NCBI GenBank assembly: GCA_951406725.2
Contig: OX597820.1
Span: 22,134,001-22,198,000 of the forward strand
DNA length: 64,000 nt
Reading direction: 5' to 3'
From: Octopus vulgaris
Taxonomy: Eukaryota
The notes beneath the pieces were generated by a model that made no database searches, had not been told where the DNA came from, and saw only the letters and a list, made by a program, of their open reading frames with translations. Below, piece by piece: positions 55,365 to 64,000 of the stretch (positions are counted from its first letter, which is position 1; each line of letters opens with the position of its first letter). Both the position numbers and the translations under genes were made by a program.

Positions 55365-57390
55365 TATGAACAGATTAAAAGATGACAAAACAGTAACAAT
55401 CAAAGAGGCTGATAAAAGGAGTGCAGTTGTCTTAATGGACACGGTATACTATATAACTCTAGTACTATCCATATTGGAAGACACGACAAATTATGAAAAG
55501 GCCCAACACTACAGTCAGCAGAAAATAATGAGAGACCTAAAATCCATGTTAAACCTATACAGAGAAGGGCTCACCGACAAAGAATATGACTATATGACCA
55601 ATTTCAAAAGTAAAACCAGTCAATTCTGAGGTATTCCCAAGATACACAAAAGTGAGAAAATAAGTAACTCATGTAGGATAGCCACAGACATAATAATCAA
55701 AGTCCCTACTCCTAATGACCTCAAATTGAGACCTATAATAGTAGGTCCCGCATGCGAAACCCACCGCCTCAGTAACTTTTTAGATACCCTCTTAAAACCA
55801 TTCCTCAAGCATTTCAAAAGCTATGTAAGGGACGACCTGGATATCCTCAATCACCTTCCTGAAACAATAAACAAAAACACCCTACTAGTATCCTTCGATA
55901 TAGTCAACATCTATTCCAATATCCCCCACAACCTAGGAATAGAGGCAATTTAATTCTAGCTAAACAATTTCGCCAACGAACTCCCACATCGCATCAAAAA
56001 AAGAATTCATACAGAAAGGCTAAAATTCATCTTGGAGAATAACTACTTCGTCTTCAAAGACAACTTCTATCGATAAAAATCGGGGACTGCGATGGGTACG
56101 AGAATGGCCCCCTCCTTTGCTAACCTCGTCATGGAATATCTAGAAATCAGTCTTTATTGCAAGGTTCTAGAAAAATAGGGCAGCCCATTCTCTCTCTACA
56201 TAGAAAATAACTGGAAGAGATACCTGGATGACTGTTTCATTTTTTGGCATGAAAGTATAGAGAGACTTAAAGAATTCCAAGCACTCACAAATGTATTTGA
56301 CGTAAACATTCAATTCACGATGGAATATAGCCATCAACAACTTCCCTTCCTCGACATCCTCATTAAGAAATCTAACAACGTAATAGAAACATATATACTA
56401 TAAGCCCATGGACTCCAGGCAATATCTACCGTTCAATTCATGCCACCCCAGACACACCAGAATGAATCTCTCCTTCAACCTAGCAAAAAGGATATGTACT
56501 ATAGTTTCTAATACAAGCACCAGAGACACACGACTATATGAACTAAAAGATACACTCATCACCAGGAACTACCCACATTCACTAATTGGCATATGCTTTC
56601 AACGTGCCCTACAACTCAGCATCCACGAACTCAGATATCCCAAATTAAAGAAGGATTTACAACCAAAAGCCCTATCAAACATCTCCACATACAACCCTCT
56701 TAACAATGAAACCTTCGACACCATCCTTCAAAACATTCCCCTGCTAAAAAAAGGACCACAGAATGAACTTAATCCTCCAAACACACACCATCATAAAAAG
56801 CAAGACACAACCCAAATCTATGAAAAGTCTCCTAACACAAGCCCGAATACGCTCATCAACAACGCAGAAGCCGTCAGTAAAAAAATGCGGAAGACCCAAC
56901 TGGGGGATATGCGTCGATTTAATTGAGGGATCAGAGTTCTCCTTCAAACAGGGACAACGTTTCACAGTGAAAAGCAGTTTCACATGTGCTTCGGAGAACC
57001 TAATACACGCACTAACCTGCTCTGAGTGTCAAGAGCAATACATAGGTCAAACAAAAAACAGTCTACGTGAAAGGATGGCCCAGATCAAAATTCCCAAAAA
57101 CAGAAAAATAGCATTCAGCATCCACATTTGCGCCAATAACAAAAATTCAAGCTTCAGAATTTTCTCCTCTACCAATTCAGGGACGATACAACCTGTAGCC
57201 AACGAAATAATAAAAAGATTCTCTTTGTTACAAAATACAGACTCCTTTTGAACGCATCTACAACAAACGACATATCCACCTCGGCTTTAGAATAACACAA
57301 ACACACACGCAAATATCAAAAATGATACACTCAAGAGATACCCAAGAATTCATTATAAAAACAGTCACTGCTATAATCCACAACGAGTTT
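55365..57390 (+). mobile_element. Degenerate Penelope-like retroelement (RT plus C-terminal GIY-YIG), 5' truncated, after a TA/CA microsatellite
   Basis: Fragments ITIKEADKRSAVVLMD, IPKIHK, LRPII, LVSFDIVNIYSNIP, GTAMG, WKRYLDDCF, LPFLD, YLPFNSCHP, C..C...YIGQT; several stops and frameshifts. Confidence 0.92.
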
Positions 57391-57534
57391 CAAATATAGT
57401 TTCAAATGCTTTTACATCGGCCATTCCTTTCACTATCTTAACCGCCACTGTGAAATTCTATTTAAATCATTGATGTTGGGCCTATGATAAAAGCTGACTC
57501 ATTTATAGATATTTGACACATTTTTATACTTACA

Positions 57535-57933
57535 CTAGCAGTATCGCCCGGCGTTGCTCGGGTTTGTAAGGGAAATAACTATATAAGCATTTTTAGAGAG
57601 TTATAGTAAAAAAAATAGCAAAAAAAGGCATTAAAAATTGAAAAAAAATTAAGGTAAATTTTTTTTAAATCGTTGACACATCGTAGATATTTTTAGAGAG
57701 TTACTTCCCTTATATAATAGCGAAAAAAATGCATTAAAATGGTAAAAATATGATGGTAAATTTTTTTTTAATCGTAGACTCATCGTAGACGCGCGCTAAT
57801 ACCCAGAAGGGCTCGATAGGAATCACGACTATAAGATATCCGCTTTTGGTTAAACTGCACCGCAAAATGTGGGAGTAGTTACGAATCTAAATCGTAGGAG
57901 ACAGACACACAACTTCACTCTTATATATAAAGA
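57535..57933 (-). mobile_element. Non-autonomous Helitron (same termini, different body)
   Basis: ctagcagtatcgcccggcgttgctcgggtttg at the left and tatataaaga at the right, between A and T; the paralogous site near 61908 is empty. Confidence 0.85.
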
Positions 57934-58045
57934 TATAAGCCACGTAGTTATATACACATACTTTGTTATATACACATTCTTAAAAGAAAATGTTATTTTG
58001 AACACAACATTTATAAAGAATAAAATATTTTTTTGTTTTTCTTAA

Positions 58046-59124
58046 CCCTTTCGTTACTATATTTCTGACCAAAATACACCCCTTATGTGTTTCAATTAAT
58101 TTCTAACGTAATCATAAATTTAGTCTGGTTTCATTAAACAACTATAACTTTTTTATTTATCAATGTATTAACATGAATTTTGGAAGATAATTTAATGAAA
58201 TGTTCTCAACCAATTCTATACTATAATTTTTGTCACAAAGTGACTCTAATTGCAGGTAGATACAGGTAAATTCAACAATATATAAAATTATTAAAATTTT
58301 GTTCAAACATCGCTATAGAAAATGGGTTATTAGCTAATATTCAATTGGGTATACAACAAAAAATTTTACGATAGAATTTGTTATTCTGGGTAACTTTCTG
58401 ATACCCATAATAATATTTATGGCAAAATAGGCCTTAATTTCATTTAAGGTTGTGGGAAATAACAAACTATCCTTTCTTTCGCTTTGTTTACGTTTAGCGT
58501 AACAGTTCGTTTCCGCCGTAATGATTTCAAATGGGCTCATTCGAAAAAGTAAAAAGAAATAGTCTAAGGCTTTACTCTTCTGGGAAAGTCTGTGGCTTGG
58601 TCCAGTTTCTTCAGAAAAATCACCGAAAGAAACAGTTTTTAAATTTTCACTCCATTCAGGTGCCAATTCATTTTCTTTATCGCTGTCGGAGCTCTCGGAT
58701 TCACTGTTTTCACTTTCGGAAAATGAAACATCAGATTCATTATCAAATACCACATGCTTTTTTTTTTCAGTCATAGAGTTAGATTTATGAAGGTCTTCAG
58801 TAGAAAATCCTTCGAATTCTGACTCGCTGCTTGATATAATGAAATTCGTATCCATTTTTTGTCAGAATTGCAAATTTTGAAAACACAATAGGAACAAATT
58901 TCGGAAAAAAATCTCCCATAATTCACGGAATTAAAATTACACTTCGATTTTTGTACAAAACTGTAGTTGAACTGTTTACAAAGTATAATACGTGTTTTCA
59001 CGAATGTACTAAAGAGATTTACTCTGATATTCTCATTTAAATATGAATAGGTAAATTCGGGCGGTTTGGGGCGGCTTGGTCACATTAACCAAAATTTTTT
59101 TCGGGCGGTTTGGTAACGAAAGGG
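58046..59124 (-). mobile_element. piggyBac internal-deletion element encoding a 173 aa N-terminal transposase piece (58334-58855)
   Basis: TTAA duplications, 12 bp TIRs CCCTTTCGTTAC, subterminal GGGCGGTTTGG repeats, acidic N-terminus then F.LF...I..ETN.YA and EIKAYF.I.I.MGI.KLP. Confidence 0.93.
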
Positions 59125-59569
59125 TTAAACAGATGCATACATTTATTAATAACTATATATAAGTGTCGTCTGTTCATACATAAACACTGTTTCATACTGC
59201 AATTATATGTACATATATCTATATATAATATTATATAATAAAATATATACACAATATGTGTATATATTTATGTATGTATGGCTCGCCAATTAATACTACC
59301 AAAATTTAACGACAGAAAGTAAAATAAAAACCAATTTACCTTTTCTGTATTGTTATAGCAATTCGACCGTCCGTGTGTCTTTGCGAATGTGTTGGAATGA
59401 TAAGTGAGTTGTGTTTTGGCGCCTTTTTTACTAATAACAAACACACACGTGTTTGTATGTAGTTGTTTGAAACGTTTGTGTTTGTCACTGTCATATATGT
59501 ATGTGTATGCGTGTGTGTGAGGAATGACACACGCACACTCACGCACGCACACATGTACATCAATGCTTT

Positions 59570-60195
59570 CGGAGTGAAATGTTAAAATATTGAGTTTTCT
59601 CGAATTTTGTCTTAATTGGGGGTAAAATTGAAAGAAATTTTGTATGGCATCACCCACTGGAAGTACTTTGAAAAATCATGGGTAAACTCTAATTGAAGAA
59701 ATTGTGTGAGGAGTAAATCGTTATGTATTTATTTGTTTCTGTTTGCTGTGTTTTTTTTTTTAGTAGTGGTTTAAGGTACACTTCTCTCGTTTTATAGAAT
59801 TAGTTTCACTTTAATCGTTGCAAACTTGCAAAGAGAAAGTCGTAGAAATTAGAGTGATAGCGTGAGTGAATCAGAACGCTCCCTTTTTGTGTGTGTGTGT
59901 GTGTGCGTATGCTATAGCCCACACTAAGAAAAGCACTTGACTCAGACACCACAATGTGAGTTTTCTCTAAATTTTGCTTAATTGGGGTTGAAATTTTAAA
60001 AACTGGACCTGGCACGACTCGATGCATTCTACTCTTAAAAATGCTAGGTAAATTGTAATTGAAGAAATCCTATATTGTAGATTTCTATAAGAGACAAAGG
60101 GGGGCAGATAAAATCTGCCTTTTATAATAAGAGATATTTATGCACTCACACACACTCACACACACATGTATATTATTAGTTATAAATGCAACTAG

Positions 60196-60230
<35 letters not shown>

Positions 60231-60280
60231 TACACTAGCAGAGATACCCGGCGTTGCTCGTGATTAAAACGGTATAGTTT
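59570..60280 (-). mobile_element. Helitron-like fragments (5' end near 60134, a separate 3' end at 60235)
   Basis: Minus strand TCTCTTATTATAAAAG start; ctagcagagatacccggcgttgctcg at 60235; internal direct repeat about 59590-59720 and 59955-60070. Confidence 0.55.
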
Positions 60281-60737
60281 TTTTGTTTTACTTATTTAAG
60301 TCATGTGATTGCGGCCATGCTGGAGCACCGCTTTTGGGTCACTTGTCCATTTAACATCCTACTACTATCATACCACCTGCATTCCTTTATTATTCTCTCT
60401 TCTCTTTCTCCTTTTTCGTCTTCTTCCTCTCTGCCACCTCCTTCCTTACTTTACTACTACTACCATCCACAACAAGTCACTTTCAGAGCACTTGACCATT
60501 TTACATCCTACTACTATCATGGCACTCCCGCATTCTTCTTTTCCTCCTCCTTCTTCTTCTTCTTCATCTTCTTCTGCCAAGATATTTATAACGACCTCGA
60601 ACCCACAAGAGTAAAAAAGAGAGACAAAGACAGGCAGAAACAAGGAAAATGCCCCTTGTATTTGAATACTATGGAAATATTCTTTTAAAAAACATTTTCT
60701 TTTAATTTGACCAAAATTTAATTGTTTTCCATACTTA

Positions 60738-60773
60738 CAGTTGAAAAAGTCTCAATGACTGAAACCGGTACTG
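60738..60773 (+). ncRNA. Minimal hammerhead-like motif, U3-A8 variant
   Basis: CAG-TTGAAAA-AGTC-tcaat-GACT-GAAA-CCGG-TA-CTG. Confidence 0.6.
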
Positions 60774-61153
60774 AAAAGATTTTATAAAATTACTTTAGCA
60801 TTTTCTATCTTGACTTTTTCCATATGTGTGTGTGTGTGTGTGTGGAGGCGCAATGGCCCAGTGATTAAGGCAGCGGACTCGCGGTCGGAGGATCGCTGTT
60901 TCGATTCTCTGACCGGGCAGTGTGTGTTTACTGAGCGAAAACACCTAAAGCTTCACGAGGCTCCAGCAGGTGGGTGGCGACCCTTGTTGTACTCTTTCGC
61001 TCCAACTTTCTCTCACTTTTTCTTCCTGTTTCTTGAGTAACGCTGCGATGGACTGGCAACCCGTCCAGCAGGGAAGAACACATACGCCATAGAAACCGGG
61101 AAACCGAGCCCATGAGCCTGGCTAGGCTTGAAAAAGGCGCATAAAAATATACA

Positions 61154-61235
<82 letters not shown>

Positions 61236-61238
<3 letters not shown>

Positions 61239-61575
61239 TTAGGGAGTCTAACTCCAAACTTACAGGGAAGAATTCTATTTAGTATTAAATCAAATTTCAC
61301 AATATAAATATATATAATATATAAATTATAGAAAACCCTCTATTATGCAATTCAAACAATGATAGACATAAACCAAATCATAAATAAAAAATAAAATATA
61401 TTTTTTAAAACATATAGCTAGATCACAAAAAATACAAAAATGAATAAGTACTTATATATTGTTCATTCATTTTTGTACTTTTTGTAATCCAGTTATATGT
61501 TTCAAAAAATATATTTTATTTCTTATTTATGATTTGGTTTATGTCTATCATTGTTTGAATTGCATAATAGTGGTT
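61236..61575. repeat. Fold-back element, about 105 bp arms, left tail after (AAT)n
   Basis: Arms about 61340-61445 and 61465-61570; related to 37813-38170. Confidence 0.78.
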
Positions 61576-61578
61576 ATA

Positions 61579-61703
<125 letters not shown>

Positions 61704-61963
61704 TTTCTTTATATTTAGTTATATATATATGTATACACACGCACACAGATTGGGGGTAGAGACTGGAATATAGTTTCAAATGCACTTACATCGGCCATTC
61801 CTTTCACTATCCTAGCCGCCACTGTGAAATTCTATCTAAATCATTGTTGTTGGGCCTGTGATAAAAGCTGACTCATTTGTAGATATTTGACACATTTTTA
61901 TGTTTACATATATATACACTCACACCTACACACACACATGTATGTTATTAGTTATAAATGTAG

Positions 61964-62019
<56 letters not shown>

Positions 62020-62260
62020 CAGAGATAACCGGCGTTGCTCGTGATTAAAATGGTATTGACTTATTTCCCCAGGATTTATTCTTTGTAAGCCTAGTACTTA
62101 TTCTAAGTTACGGGGACTTAAACTCAGCAACATCGGTTGTCAAGCAATATTGAGGGTACAAACACAGACACCCACACAAATATACACATATACGACAGTC
62201 TTCTTTCAGTTTCCTTGTACGAAATCTACTCAGAAGGCTTTGGTGGGCCTGAGGCTATAG

Positions 62261-62404
<144 letters not shown>

Positions 62405-62450
62405 TGTATGTATGTATGTATGTATGTATGTATGTATGTATGTATGTATG

Positions 62451-62482
<32 letters not shown>

Positions 62483-62606
62483 TCATGTACCTTGAACCCA
62501 CAAGAATAAACAAGAGACACAGAGAAAGGCAGAAACAAGGAAAATGCCACTTATATTTGAAAAAACTTTTCTTTTAATTTTTCTAAATTTAATTATTTAA
62601 TTGTTA

Positions 62607-62643
62607 TAGTTGAAAAGGTCTCAAATGACCGAAACCGGTACTG
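62607..62643 (+). ncRNA. Minimal hammerhead-like motif, U3-A8 variant
   Basis: TAG-TTGAAAA-GGTC-tcaaat-GACC-GAAA-CCGG-TA-CTG. Confidence 0.62.
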
Positions 62644-62692
62644 AAATGTTCTTTATAAAATTATTTTAGCATTTTCTATCTTGACTTGTATT

Positions 62693-62748
<56 letters not shown>

Positions 62749-62753
<5 letters not shown>

Positions 62754-63536
62754 CAAGGCAAAATTGTAAAAAGGCAGAATGCTAAATTAAAAGAAAATTT
62801 TAATGAAAATGGGTGTATGGAAAATTTTGAAAAAATTGATAAAATATATATATATTAATTCATACCGGTTTTCGTCACAATGTGACTTTTGAAGAATTGT
62901 AAAGAAACATTTTTTTTTAATTTGAGGAGGGGGAAAAAAGAAAATTACATTGTTTTTTGCAAAAAAATAATAATAAATATATACAAAACTTTAAAAATAG
63001 GTACACCGATACATTGTAAAGTCTTTGTGTATCTTGAGTTTAATGATAGTTCACGAAAAAATTACCTTGAAGTATTGAGATCCATGGGATTAAATCCATG
63101 TGTTGTTTAATTTAATTAAGGGTGTCTCTTAATTTGATTTAATTAATTTAATTAAATTAAACAACACATGGATTTAATCCCATGGATCTCAATACTTCAA
63201 GGTAATTTTTTCGTGAACTATCATTAAACTCAAGATACACAAAGACTTTACAATGTATCGGAGTACCTATGTTTTAATTTTTGTATATATTTATTATTAA
63301 TTTTTTGCAAAAAACAATGTAATTTTCTTTTTTCACCCTCCTCAAATTAAAAAAAAAATTTTTCTTTACAATTCTTCAAAAATCACATTGTGACGAAAAC
63401 CGGTATGAATTAATATATATATATTTTATCAATTTTTCAAAATTTTCCATACACCCATTTTCATAAAAATTTTCTTTCAATTTAGCATTCTGCCTTTTTA
63501 CAATTTTTCCTTGCCTATCATTTCTCCACGTGCGGT

Positions 63537-63540
<4 letters not shown>
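62749..63540. repeat. Fold-back element in (TA)n, about 370 bp arms, 22 bp right tail
   Basis: 62749-63119 pairs with 63148-63518; each arm carries TTCAAAA-(G)TCAC-att-GTGAC-GAAA-ACCGGT-A. Confidence 0.88.
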
Positions 63541-63607
<67 letters not shown>

Positions 63608-64000
63608 CAGACATACATACATACATACATACATACATACATACATACATACATACATACATACATACTCTTTTACTTGTTTCAGTCATTTGACTGTAGC
63701 CATGCTGGATCACTGCCTTTAGTCGAGCAAATTGACCCCAGGACTTATTCTTTGTAAGCCTAGACCTTATTCTATTGGTCTCTTTTGCTGAACCGCTAAG
63801 TTACGGGGACGTAAACACACCAACATCAGTTGTCACGCGATGTTGGGGGCACAAACCCAGACACACAAATGTATACACACACACACACGCACATATATAT
63901 ATATGTATATATATACATATATACATATATACGACGGGCTTCTTTCAGTTTCCGTCAACCAAATCCACTCACAAGTCTTTGGTCGGCCCGAGGCTATAGT

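Noticed and set aside
58334-58855. Domesticated PGBD gene
   Set aside because: It lacks the catalytic domain and retains TIRs and TTAA duplications, so it is a deletion derivative.

Overview
AT-rich, microsatellite-dense eukaryotic genomic DNA. The SINE content and repeat style suggest an octopus (coleoid cephalopod) genome, which is an inference. The window holds one clear protein-coding gene on the + strand: a 5-exon ESE-subfamily ETS transcription factor (EHF/ELF3/ELF5-like; ATG 19567 to stop 47337; about 477 aa) with PNT, poly-Q/H, AT-hook-like and C-terminal ETS domains. All four introns are GT-AG and phase-consistent. Almost everything else is transposon-derived: tRNA-SINEs, CR1/L2-like and RTE-like LINE fragments, Penelope-like elements (PLEs), hAT/Buster, mariner, pogo and piggyBac relics, non-autonomous Helitrons and a MITE carrying TTAGGG repeats. 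The most striking unexplained structure is a set of about 10 fold-back elements, mostly (TA)n-associated (long inverted arms plus a one-sided tail), and about 12 type-I hammerhead-ribozyme-like motifs. These include a canonical hammerhead on the sense strand of an ETS intron, U3-A8 core variants with a covarying stem II, and cases where the inverted arm starts at or near the predicted self-cleavage site. Most ORFs in the supplied track are microsatellite or SINE artefacts. All alignments and folds were done by eye; TE boundaries without a stated TIR or TSD are approximate.
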